In this document: positions 46,632 to 55,815 of the stretch, piece by piece
Position numbering within the stretch: the stretch's first letter is position 1
How the letters are laid out: the number at the start of each line of letters is the position of its first letter
NCBI GenBank assembly: GCA_965229885.1
Contig: CBDDJX010000003.1
Location: 1,491,060-1,555,059, forward strand
DNA length: 64,000 nucleotides
Direction: 5' to 3'
Source: Vicinamibacterales bacterium
GTDB lineage: Bacteria > Acidobacteriota > Vicinamibacteria > Vicinamibacterales > CAVVIG01
Program-made: the position numbers and the translations under genes
Notes under the pieces: model-generated
The model's database searches: none
What the model was told of the DNA's origin: nothing
The model's input: only the letters and a program-made list of their open reading frames with translations

Positions 46632-47966
46632 TGCCGGACTGGAGGAACGTAACGTGCGGGGTGAGGGAGGGTCGGCGTGCCAGCGGTCGCTCGGTGCACA
46701 GCGTCGTGTGCTGGCCGAATGCCTGTCCGGAAAGAAGCTCAGCGATGGACCACTGAATCCGACCAGCGTCGGCGTTCTGCCAGGCTGGCGCGCCATCGGT
46801 TCGCCGGACTTCCGCCCGGCCCGGTTGCAACGGCTGGGGCGTGACCCTGACCAACAGTCGGTTTCAGGGGGCAGCGGCTGCGGGACTCACGAAGGCGGAT
46901 ATTCCGCGGCTCAAATTGAAATGGCGTTTGGATTCCCCGGCGCCACGTCCGGCGCGACTCAGCCGGTCGTGTACGAGGGACGTTTGTACGTGGGAACAGC
47001 CGAAGGCGACGTGTGGGCCCTCGCCGCGCAGACGGGCTGCACTTACTGGCGGCTGGAGACCGAGGCCGCCGTCCAGTGGAAGGTCAAGGTCGATGACCAT
47101 GCGCGCGCGGCGGTCACCGGGTGCCTCAATTGTACCAGGGACGCTTGTACGTGCCAGTATCCTCGCGGGAGGAATCGCAAGTGGGCAACCCGAGCTACCC
47201 ATGCTGCAAATTCCGTGGGAGTGTGGTGGCCTTGGACGCTGCCAGTGGCAAGCAGATTTGGAAGACGTACACCATCTCGGACGAGGCGGTGCCGACGGTA
47301 AAGAATTAGGATCGGCGCGCTGCCGTGGGGTCCCTCTGGAGCGGCTGTGTGGACTGCGCCAACAATCGATACGAAGCGGCGCATGCTGCATGTGGGTACC
47401 AGTAATAATTACTCCACGCCCGCGACCCGCTCGTCTGTCCGGACACCGACTCTCCGGATATCGACTTGTCGGCGTCTCCAGTTCTCGTAGAGCTGAGCGA
47501 CGGTAAGCGAATGCTCATTGCCGGAAACAAAGGCGGCACGGTCTTGGCCTTCGATCCTGACCAGGCAGGAAGAGTGATGTGGCAGCGGCAGCTGTTCGAG
47601 CGGCAAACCGGTAGCGGCTACGGCGTGCTGTGGGGCGTCGCGAGTGACGGCGCGAACGTGTACGCGGCCAACGGGTCCGAGAGCAAGACCAGGCCGGAAG
47701 TAGCCGGCGGGATGGCGGCGGTTGCTGTGCGAGACGGACGCGTGATGTGGCGGACGCCGGCGCCCCCGTGCCTCGACCGGAAGCCCTGTAAGCCGACGAG
47801 CCCAGGGGCGGTCACCGCGATTCCTGGAGCGGCGTTTGAGGGTTCCTTCGATGGGCAGCTGAGGGCCTATTCAACCGACGACGGCAAGATCATGTGGGAA
47901 TACAACAGCCTTCGAGATGGCGGGGTCGTCCCAGGCAACGTGCTTCTGGTCTTCTCGCCGGAGTGA
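46632..47966 (+). pseudogene. Relic of a PQQ-dependent (quinoprotein) dehydrogenase beta-propeller gene, scattered over all three frames
   Basis: Fragments: ...LTKADIPRLKLKW|AFGFPGATSGATQPVVYEGRLYVGTAEGDVWALAAQTGCTYWR; ...[12 protein letters not shown]...[25 protein letters not shown]; ...SPVLVELSDGKRMLIAGNKGGTVLAFDPD...GQLRAYSTDDGKIMWEY. Confidence 0.65.
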
Positions 47967-48189
47967 GAATGGCGAGCCTCGCAACGCTGAGGCGTGTGTT
48001 GACCAATGCTGTGCTGGCGATGGACGGTCGCCTGAAGGCGGACACTGCAGCGGCACAGCCATCCCACCGAAGAGCGAAAGTCGGGGTGCTGAACCTCGAT
48101 CATTTAGTCACAAGGACGTCACAACGCGACGAAGCCGCGCACGATGACTCGTCAACGGCCTCGGACATCGCGGCATTGCTGAAAGGTGT

Positions 48190-48265
<76 letters not shown>

Positions 48266-48368
48266 ACTCGAGCGAACCCGCAGTCTAGCATGCCAAATTT
48301 GCGGCTCGCAACGCGGGGCGTCATCTCTGTCGTCTCTAGGGGGGTGTCCGTTTGCTATAGCCGAACGC

Positions 48369-49451
48369 ATGGCGGCGATACAGCGGATCGGAATTCTCAC
48401 GGGCGGTGGCGACGCTCCTGGCTTGAACGCGGTCATTCGCGCGGTCGTCAAGTCCGCGTGCAACGCCGGCATCACGTGCCTCGGCATTGAGGACAGCTTC
48501 GACGGCCTGCTCGAGGCCGATCGCTCGCGCGAGCTGGCCCCCGCGACGTCACGGGCATCCTGCGCCTGGGCGGCACGATTCTCGGCACCATCAACACGGG
48601 CGATCCGTTCACCGCGTCCATCGCGACCTCGGACGGCCCCCGCGTGTACTCGGAACGCGTCGTCGAGATGTTCCACGGGATGGGACTCGACGCGCTCGTT
48701 GTGATTGGCGGCGACGGCACGCTGGCGATTGCGCACCAGTTCTGCCAGCGCGGGATTCCGCTCGTCGGCGTCCCGAAGACGATCGACAACGACATTGTCG
48801 GCACGACGAACTGTTTCGGGTTCGATACGGCCGTTTCGTTCGCCACCGACGCGATCGACCGGCTGCACACGACCGCCGAAGCGCATCACCGGATCCATGG
48901 TTGTGGAGGTCATGGGGCGCTACGCGGGCTGGATCGCACTGTGGGCCGGCGTCGCCGGCGGGGCAGACGCGATTCTGATTCCAGAGATCCCCTTCGACAT
49001 CGCGATCGTGGCGCGGCGACTTCGCGAGCGCGAGCAGTTCGGCGCCAAGTTCAGCATTGTCGTCGTGGCCGAGGGGGCGTTTCCCAAGGGCGGGAGCCAC
49101 TCGATCATCGAGGCGGTGGATGAGGCGCATCTCGAGCCGCTGGGTGGCATTGGCGCCGAGGTCTCCGAGGCGCTCGCCAGAGAGACTGGAAAGCAGACCC
49201 GGTCGGTCGTGCTCGGTCACCTGCAGCGGGGCGGTGCGCCGACCAGCTTCGATCGCGTGCTGGCCACGCGCTTCGGCGGCGTCGCCGTGGAATTGATTCG
49301 GCGCGGCCTGTTCGGCGTGATGGTCGCCTCCGATCCACCGGATATCGTGGCTCGGCCGCTCGGCGAGGTCGTGGGGAAGACGAAGACCGTGCCACTGGAC
49401 TCGGACCTGCTGCTGACAGCCAAAGCGCTAGGGGTCACCTTCGGGGACTAA
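48369..49451 (+). pseudogene. pfkA: ATP-dependent 6-phosphofructokinase with two 1-nt insertions (frame 0 to 2 to 0)
   Basis: [22 protein letters not shown]...; the frame is lost at the C5 run 48537-48541 (...RELAP|[16 protein letters not shown]). GGDGTLAIA, PKTIDNDI. The frame is lost again near 48892 (atCCatg; ...AHHRI|MVVEVMGRYAGWIAL). Confidence 0.8.
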
Positions 49452-49462
49452 CGCCCGAGCAG
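49349..49462 (+). repeat. 114-bp direct repeat, copy A (pfkA 3' end plus stop plus 11 nt)
   Basis: Character-by-character identical to 50054..50167. Confidence 0.9.
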
Positions 49463-50053
49463 CCGCGGCCTGCGCACGGACCACAGCCTGCTTGTGATCC
49501 TCGATGGCGCGCAGGCCCTGCACAAAGCGGTGCGCGCGGTCTTCGGCGAGGCCGCCCTCATTCAGCGGTGCCAAGTCCACAAGCTCCGCAACATCTCGAC
49601 CACCTGCCGGAGCGACAGCGCCCGTGGGTCCAGGCGATGTGCGGCGTGCCTATCAGGCGAGCGACGTCGACGCGGCTCCTCACGAATTCGCCAAGCGCCT
49701 GGAGGACGATTATTCTGGACGAAACGCTGACCGTCCTCACGCTGCACCTCTCGACCCGGCTGCAGCGGTCCGCTCGCCACGACCAACGCCGCCGAGAGTC
49801 TGCTGAGTCGCACCCGCCACGTGAAGCGCAACGTGAAACGGTCGTGGGGGACAGATGATGCTCGGTGGGTGGCCGCCGGGGTCCTCGAAGCCGTCAAGGG
49901 CTTCCGGCGCCTGAAGGGATGCACCGATATGCCGCGTCTGGTCACCGCGCTTCGCGCACGGGACCAGCGACTACGGCTCGGCGTCTCAGAGGCGAAGGTC
50001 GTAGAATCTCACCCGAGCCGCCGCCGAGTTTCAACAGCGGGCGGGACATCCCC
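49463..50053 (+). mobile_element. Truncated, frameshifted relic of an IS256-type (mutator-like) transposase gene (C-terminal half only)
   Basis: ILDGAQALHKAVRAVFGEAALIQRCQVHKLRNI; ...RRAYQASDVDAA...FAKRLEDDY...; ...RWVAAGVLEAVKGFRRLKGCTDMPRLVTALRA. These lie in different frames and no IRs are recognisable. Confidence 0.65.
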
Positions 50054-50167
50054 GGCTCGGCCGCTCGGCGAGGTCGTGGGGAAGACGAAGACCGTGCCAC
50101 TGGACTCGGACCTGCTGCTGACAGCCAAAGCGCTAGGGGTCACCTTCGGGGACTAACGCCCGAGCAG
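50054..50167 (+). repeat. 114-bp direct repeat, copy B (carries the last 5 codons of frr on the opposite strand)
   Basis: Identical to 49349..49462. ORF 49821..50156 ends with the duplicated pfkA tail ...[33 protein letters not shown]. Confidence 0.9.
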
Positions 50168-50725
50168 GTCCGTGTCCTTCTTTTTCTGCGTCTCGTCGAT
50201 CTGTCTGATGTGCGCGTCGGTCAGTTTCTGAACTTCTTCGAGGCCCTTCTTCTCATCGTCTTCTGAAATCTTGTGGTCCTTGAGCAGCTTTTTCAGCCGC
50301 TCGTTGGCATCCCGGCGCACTTGGCGGACGCTGTTGCGCCCGTCTTCGGTGAGCTTGTGGACGTGGCGGGAGAGCTCCTTGCGGCGCTCATCGGTGAGCG
50401 TCGGGATAGGAATACGCACAACTTTTCCGTCGTTCGACGGGTTCAGACCGAGGGCGGATGCGCGAATCGCCTTTTCGATCGCGCCGAGCTGCGATGGATC
50501 GAACGGCTGCGCCACGATCATCGTCGGCTCCGGCACCGACAGCCCGGCGAGCTGGTTGAGCGGCATTCTGGAACCGTAGGCTTCCACGTGAACGCTGTCG
50601 AGGATGGTGACCGAGGCGCGCCCGGTCCGGACGCCCGCGAGCTCGTGCTTGACGTGCTCGATCGCCACATTCATCCGCTTGCTCACCTCCGCGTAGAGGC
50701 TCTTCGGATCGTGTACATCCATCAC
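50153..50725 (-). CDS. frr: Ribosome recycling factor
   Basis: [31 protein letters not shown]. Confidence 0.95.
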   Translation of the reverse strand: MMDVHDPKSLYAEVSKRMNVAIEHVKHELAGVRTGRASVTILDSVHVEAYGSRMPLNQLAGLSVPEPTMIVAQPFDPSQLGAIEKAIRASALGLNPSNDGKVVRIPIPTLTDERRKELSRHVHKLTEDGRNSVRQVRRDANERLKKLLKDHKISEDDEKKGLEEVQKLTDAHIRQIDETQKKKDTDLLGR

Positions 50726-51447
50726 GCGGTCACCAACGACCCCACCGGCTCGCCGATAATCGCGCGCCTGATATTACCCGGCGTCCGCAGGTTGAACACG
50801 ACGATCGGCAGCCGGTTATCCATGCAGAGCGAGATGGCCGTCGCATCCATCACCTTGAGTCGCTGCTCGAGCATCTGCAGGTAGGAGATCCGATCGAAGC
50901 GCGTCGCGGTCGGCGTGATCATCGGGTCGGCGTCGTAGATGCCGTCGACTTTGGTGGCTTTGAAGATCACTTCGGCCTTGATCTCCATGGCCCGCAGCGC
51001 CGCCGCCGTGTCAGTACTGAAGTAGGGATTGCCGGTTCCGGCTCCGAAGACGACGACGCGGCCTTTCTCCAGGTGGCGGATGGCGCGGCGGCGGACGAAC
51101 GGCTCGGCCACCGCGCGCATCTCGATGGCGGTGACCACCCGGGTGACCACCCCTTGCTGCTCGAGCGCGTCCTGCAGCGCCAGTGCGTTGATGACCGTCC
51201 CCAGCATGCCCATGTAGTCGGCCGTCGCGCGGTCCATGCCGCGCGCGCTGGCGGCCACGCCTCGAAAGATATTGCCGCCACCGATGACGATGGCCGTCTC
51301 GACGCCCATGGCCTGGATGTCGGCGATATCGAGGGCAATCTGGGCCGCCACGACCGGATCGATGCCGTAGTTCGCCTCGCCCATCAGGGCTTCGCCGGAC
51401 AGTTTAAGAAGGATGCGTTTGTAAGCGGGGCCAGGCGGGGAGGTCAC
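50722..51447 (-). CDS. pyrH: UMP kinase
   Basis: [40 protein letters not shown]. Confidence 0.95.
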   Translation of the reverse strand: MTSPPGPAYKRILLKLSGEALMGEANYGIDPVVAAQIALDIADIQAMGVETAIVIGGGNIFRGVAASARGMDRATADYMGMLGTVINALALQDALEQQGVVTRVVTAIEMRAVAEPFVRRRAIRHLEKGRVVVFGAGTGNPYFSTDTAAALRAMEIKAEVIFKATKVDGIYDADPMITPTATRFDRISYLQMLEQRLKVMDATAISLCMDNRLPIVVFNLRTPGNIRRAIIGEPVGSLVTA

Positions 51448-51456
51448 GAACGAGGA

Positions 51457-52332
51457 TTATATCGCTTCGCCCACTTTGAGCCGCGCGAAACGGGCCACCG
51501 TCACCGGTGTCCCCAGCGTCCCGGCGGCGGCCGCCAGCACGTCAGCCACGGTCATCTTGGGATCGCGAATGGATGCCTGATCGGGCAGCACGACCTGGGA
51601 GTAGAAGCTCCCGAGCTTGCCTTCGACAATTTTGTCGATGACCTGCGCCGGTTTCCCCAGGCCTTCCACCTGCGCCCGGTAGATGGATTTCTCCCGGTCG
51701 AGGATGTCGCCCGGAACGGCGGCACGCGACATATAGGACGGGCTCGCTGCCGCAATCTGCATGGCGATTTCCTTGACCAGCGTCACGAACCCCTCGCGGC
51801 CGGCCAGCTGCGGATCGACGAGGCTGAACTCGACTTGCACGCCGATCTTTCCGCCCATGTGGATGTATTGTCCGATGTAGCTCGTCGGGGTCTGGCCGGC
51901 GAATCGCACGAAACGACGCACGGCCATGTTTTCTCCGAGCTTGGCGATGCCCGCCGCCACGCGCTTCTGGATCGGGCTGTTCGGATCCGCCAGCCAGCTC
52001 TCGGTGGCGCCGTCACCGGCCCGCTCGATTTCGCTGATGACGTCTTCGACGAGCTGCTGGAAATCGGGCGTCCGCGCGACGAAGTCCGACTCGCAGTTCA
52101 CCTCGGCCAGAATGCCGCTCCGGCGATCCGCGGCGACGCGGTGGCCGACGAGCCCTTCGCTCGTCGCACGCCCCGCCTTCCTGGCGGCGCTCGCGAGGCC
52201 GCGCTTGCGCAGGATCAGGTTCGCGTCCTCGAAGTTGCCGCCGGCTTCAGTTAGCGCGGCTTTGCATTCCATCATGCCCGCACCCGTCTGGTCGCGGAGC
52301 TTCTTCACATCGGTCGCGGTGATAGGGGCCAT
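51457..52332 (-). CDS. tsf: Elongation factor Ts
   Basis: VKKLRDQTGAGMMECKAAL UBA-like N-terminus, EVNCESDFVART. Confidence 0.95.
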   Translation of the reverse strand: MAPITATDVKKLRDQTGAGMMECKAALTEAGGNFEDANLILRKRGLASAARKAGRATSEGLVGHRVAADRRSGILAEVNCESDFVARTPDFQQLVEDVISEIERAGDGATESWLADPNSPIQKRVAAGIAKLGENMAVRRFVRFAGQTPTSYIGQYIHMGGKIGVQVEFSLVDPQLAGREGFVTLVKEIAMQIAAASPSYMSRAAVPGDILDREKSIYRAQVEGLGKPAQVIDKIVEGKLGSFYSQVVLPDQASIRDPKMTVADVLAAAAGTLGTPVTVARFARLKVGEAI

Positions 52333-52347
52333 TAGAAATTGGCGACT

Positions 52348-52387
52348 GGGTGAGATGGTGATTTGGTGAATGAGCCTGGTGAATTGA
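52348..52387. repeat. Degenerate tandem repeat in the rpsB-tsf spacer: four GGTGA cores at 8-, 8- and 13-nt spacing
   Basis: gGGTGAgatGGTGAtttGGTGAatgagcctGGTGAattga. On the transcribed (minus) strand the cores read TCACC. Confidence 0.6.
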
Positions 52388-52419
52388 TCGTCAACTCACC
52401 GGGCCATGATTTCGCTGTG

Positions 52420-53223
52420 CTACGCGGGCGCGGGCGCCGTTTCGCGAGTGCGGCGCGGCGGGCGCGCCGCGCCGCGATCGTCTCCCGCGGCGGCCGCGTC
52501 GTCCGCGGCCTCGCGCGCGGATTCTGCGTCCACTGACTGCTTCATGTCGCATCCGCCGATTATGGCGTCCGCGATCTTCGAGGCGAACAGTCTGAGCGCG
52601 CGCAGCGCGTCGTCGTTGCCTGGAATCACGAAGTCGACTTCATCTGGATCGCAATTGGTGTCGACAATGCCGATGACGGGGATCTTGAGCTTGCGCGCCT
52701 CGTCGACGGCAATCTTCTCTTTCTTCGTGTCGACCACGAAGACGGCGTCGGGAAGCCGCGACATCCCACGGATGCCGTCGAGGTTCTTCGCCAGCTTCTT
52801 GCGCTCTTTCTCGTTGCGCGCGATTTCCTTCTTCGAGAGCGTGTCGAACCGCCCGTCGGTCGCCATCGCCTCGAGGTCGCGCAGCCGTCCGAGGCTGCGC
52901 TGGATGGTCGCGAAGTTGGTGAGGAGGCCGCCAAGCCAGCGCTCGTTGACGTAGAACATGCCACAGCGCTGCGCCTCTTCCGCGATGACGTCCTGGGCCT
53001 GGCGCTTCGTGCCGACAAACAGGAGCGTTCGCCCTTCGGAGGCCAGGCGTGTGAGAAACTCTTCGGCCTCGCGGAACAGCTTTACGGTCCTGCCGAGGTC
53101 GATGATATAGATGCCGTTTCGTTCGCCGAAGATGTACTCTTTCATCTTCGGATTCCAGCGTTTGGTCTGGTGGCCGAAGTGAACCCCCGCCTCCAGCAGA
53201 TCCTTCATCGCGATCCCGGCCAA
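52420..53223 (-). CDS. rpsB: 30S ribosomal protein S2
   Basis: [25 protein letters not shown] at 53223 is preceded by GGAGGA; the ATG at 53208 is the alternative. ORF-track start 53337 is an extension. Confidence 0.93.
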   Translation of the reverse strand: MAGIAMKDLLEAGVHFGHQTKRWNPKMKEYIFGERNGIYIIDLGRTVKLFREAEEFLTRLASEGRTLLFVGTKRQAQDVIAEEAQRCGMFYVNERWLGGLLTNFATIQRSLGRLRDLEAMATDGRFDTLSKKEIARNEKERKKLAKNLDGIRGMSRLPDAVFVVDTKKEKIAVDEARKLKIPVIGIVDTNCDPDEVDFVIPGNDDALRALRLFASKIADAIIGGCDMKQSVDAESAREAADDAAAAGDDRGAARPPRRTRETAPAPA

Positions 53224-53263
53224 TCGTCCTCCATTTAAAACCCGGCCAGAGCCGGACGCCACG

Positions 53264-53656
53264 TTACCGTTTACTGAACTGGAAGCGTTTCCGCGCTCCC
53301 GCCATGCCGTACTTCTTGCGTTCCTTGGCCCGCGCATCGCGCGTCAGCAGCCCCTCGTCCTTGAGCTTCTTGCGCAGCTCGAGGTTGTATTCGACGAGCG
53401 CGCGCGCGATTCCGAGGCGCACGGCGCCTGCCTGTCCCGTCACGCCGCCGCCGGCCACGGTCACGAGGATATCAAACTTGTCCGCGGTCTCCGTGAGCAT
53501 GAGCGGCTGGCGAATCTTGGTACGAAGCCCCTCGGTCGTGAAGAACGCGTCGAAGGCTTTGCGGTTGACCTTGATGGCCCCTGCGCCGGGCCTGAGAAAC
53601 ACGCGGGCGGTCGATGTCTTGCGTCGTCCGGTTCCGTAATACTGCACTGCTACCAC
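53264..53656 (-). CDS. rpsI: 30S ribosomal protein S9
   Basis: GTG at 53656 follows the rplM TAA directly. [16 protein letters not shown] ... [16 protein letters not shown]. Confidence 0.93.
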   Translation of the reverse strand: MVAVQYYGTGRRKTSTARVFLRPGAGAIKVNRKAFDAFFTTEGLRTKIRQPLMLTETADKFDILVTVAGGGVTGQAGAVRLGIARALVEYNLELRKKLKDEGLLTRDARAKERKKYGMAGARKRFQFSKR

Positions 53657-53657
53657 G

Positions 53658-54104
53658 TTACGCGACCTCACGCCCTGAAATTCTTGCCGGTCTCTGCGCC
53701 GCATGCGGGTGATCCGGACCGGCGTACACTTTGAGTTTGCGGTACATCGCTGCACCGAGCTTGGTTTTCGGCAGCATGCCGTGCACGGCGTCTTCGACGA
53801 GGCGCTCGGGGTGGCGCTGGCGCACGAGACGCGCGCGCACCTCGCGCAATCCGCCTTCGTAGCCGCTGTGCTGCCGGTAAATTTTCTGATCCTCTTTTCG
53901 GCCCGTCAGCTTCACCTTGGCCGCGTTGACGACGACGACAAAATCGCCCGTGTCGATGAACGGGGTATAGATCGGTTTGTGCTTGCCCTGGAGCAGGCGA
54001 GCCGTCAGCGTCGCGAGACGCCCCAGCGCATGACCCTCGGCGTCGATGATGTGCCAGCCTCTTGCTGCGGCGGCCAGGCTGGCGCCGGCCATAAACGTAG
54101 ACAT
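53658..54104 (-). CDS. rplM: 50S ribosomal protein L13
   Basis: [39 protein letters not shown]. Confidence 0.95.
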   Translation of the reverse strand: MSTFMAGASLAAAARGWHIIDAEGHALGRLATLTARLLQGKHKPIYTPFIDTGDFVVVVNAAKVKLTGRKEDQKIYRQHSGYEGGLREVRARLVRQRHPERLVEDAVHGMLPKTKLGAAMYRKLKVYAGPDHPHAAQRPARISGREVA

Positions 54105-54231
54105 CCTTAAGATTCCTGGCGGGTACGAGCCCGCCCCTTCGTTGCCCCAAAAACCGATGTGAGGGATTTCCTGTCCAGGTTATCTTCCTCGTCGGCCACC
54201 GGCGGGACAGGCCAGGTAACGGTAAACCCCG

Positions 54232-54260
54232 ATTATACGAGCCTTTCTGGGCACTGTCAA
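54232..54260 (-). promoter_or_regulatory. Consensus sigma70-type hybrid promoter, TTGACA-N17-TATAAT; the -35 is the terminal 6 bp of IS copy 2
   Basis: On the minus strand, TTGACA is at 54260..54255 (the IS left terminus tgtcaa). The 17-nt spacer is 54254..54238 and TATAAT is at 54237..54232. It points toward rplM (start 54104). Confidence 0.6.
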
Positions 54261-55545
54261 CCTCTCGTATCGCGCCATGGTAAGTGTGACCGAAGGAAAG
54301 TATCGTCGCGCCCTAAAGGGTGTTACCCAAGCGGGTGTGCCACAGGAGGGCACCCGCGTGGGACCACAGGCGAGGCCGGAGTATTTGGCGCCGATGCGGG
54401 ACCGGTACGTGGGGGCCTCGCGGACGGAGAAGGGGCGCGTGCTCACAGAGGCGGTGACGGTGACGGGCTACCATCGGAAGGCGATCATTCGGGCCTGGCG
54501 GCGGCCAGCCGTGCGGCCCCCGCGGGGCCCGCGTCGGGGCCGACCCACGCGCTATGACGCCGCGGGGGTGCGGGCACTCCGGGCGGTCTGGGTCGCGGCG
54601 GGCGATCCGTGGGCCCGCCGCCTGAAGGCCCTGCTGCCGCGGGCGATCCGTGGGCCCGCCGCCGCCTCGCGGTGTCGCCCGCCACCGAAGCGAAGGTGCG
54701 CACCATCAGCCCGCGCCAGATCGATCGCCTGCTGGCGCCCGACCAGCGCACGATCCGCCGACGGCTGTATGGGCGCACCAAACCCGGCCCGCTGTTGAAG
54801 CACCACATTCCGGGCAAGACCGATCACTGGGACGTCACCGAGCCCGGCTTCACCGAGGTGGACCTGGTGAGTCACTCGGGCGACCGCGCCGATGGGGACT
54901 TCCTCCATACGCTGAATCTCACCGACATTCAGACCACCTGGGTCGAACACGGCGCCGTCATGAGGAAAAGTCAGGTCCGGGTCCAGGAACGGCTCGACCA
55001 CTTGCGCGGGGGGCGGCCGTACAAGAAGAACGACAACGCGCATATCGAACAAAAGAACTGGACCCACGTCCGGAAGCTGATGGGCTATGTGCGGTATGAC
55101 TCGGCGGGGGCCCTCGCAGCGATGAACGATGTGTAGGCCGACCTGCGGCTGTTGCAGAATCTCTTTCTGCCGTCGGTGCAACTCCAGCGCAAAGAACGCA
55201 TCGGCGCCCGCCGGCGCCGGTACTACGACGCGCCGCAGACCCCGTTGGAGCGCGTCCAGGCCTGCCCGCAGGCCCACGCCGCGAAGGTGGTGGCGCTCGT
55301 GCGCCAGCGGGACCGGCTCGATCCGTTCGCGCTCGCGGCGCGCATTGACCGCAAGCTCGCGCGGGTCTATGCCCTCGCGAATCATCGGCGCGGGCTGGTG
55401 CCCTCGACGGCGGGGGCCGCGGAGACACACGCAAAGACCGCGCGGGTCTCCGCGGCCCTGTCGCTCAAAGACCTCTTCCCGTCGGTAACACCAAATATGG
55501 CGCGACGAAGCGCCGCCCGGTAACACTTACTTATGGCTCGACACG
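54255..55545 (+). mobile_element. rve/DDE-type insertion sequence, copy 2 (defective, internally deleted)
   Basis: Same termini as copy 1. It lies in the divergent rplM / pilM intergenic region. Confidence 0.8.
54358..55523 (+). pseudogene. DDE (rve) transposase, copy 2: frameshift, ~108-bp deletion removing the DSDNGSEF motif, 12-bp insertion, shared TAG
   Basis: Compared with copy 1: a 25-nt to 24-nt replacement near 54640 shifts the frame. DHLR|GGRPYKKN lacks AALPFALRGIDSDNGSEFIN...FTR. RVQACPQAHAAK carries 4 extra codons. TAG at 55134-55136. Confidence 0.8.
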
Positions 55546-55745
55546 GGCGGTTGAGGACTCTGTGCGTGACCGATTCAAGCGAGGCCCGGTTCGTGCCGAT
55601 ACTGTTCCCCGAGAACAGGACCGGGGCTTGGCATGTCGGATGATTCGGTAACTTGCAGACAGAATCGTAATCAGCCTTTGACCACGGCCGGCCAGCGCGG
55701 GCACGACATTCGCCGGTCCGCGTCAGAAACAGGCAGTTCGGGGTT

Positions 55746-55761
55746 TGGTATTCCGTTTGCG
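55746..55761 (+). promoter_or_regulatory. Candidate sigma54 (-24/-12) promoter upstream of pilM
   Basis: TGGTAT-TCCGT-TTGCG: GG at 55747-55748, exactly 10 nt, then GC at 55759-55760. It lies 56 nt upstream of the pilM ATG. Confidence 0.35.
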
Positions 55762-55815
55762 CATGGCGGTTGATCCGATCGTTCCGGTCAACGCCTTCAG
55801 AATCAGGGGTTAACG

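Noticed and set aside
54105-54231. Structured rplM 5' leader (CCTGTCC/GGACAGG and GGCGGG/CCCGCC stems) as an L13-type autoregulatory leader.
   Set aside because: The stems are short and I cannot match them to a known leader family without a covariance search. Noted only as context for the hybrid promoter.
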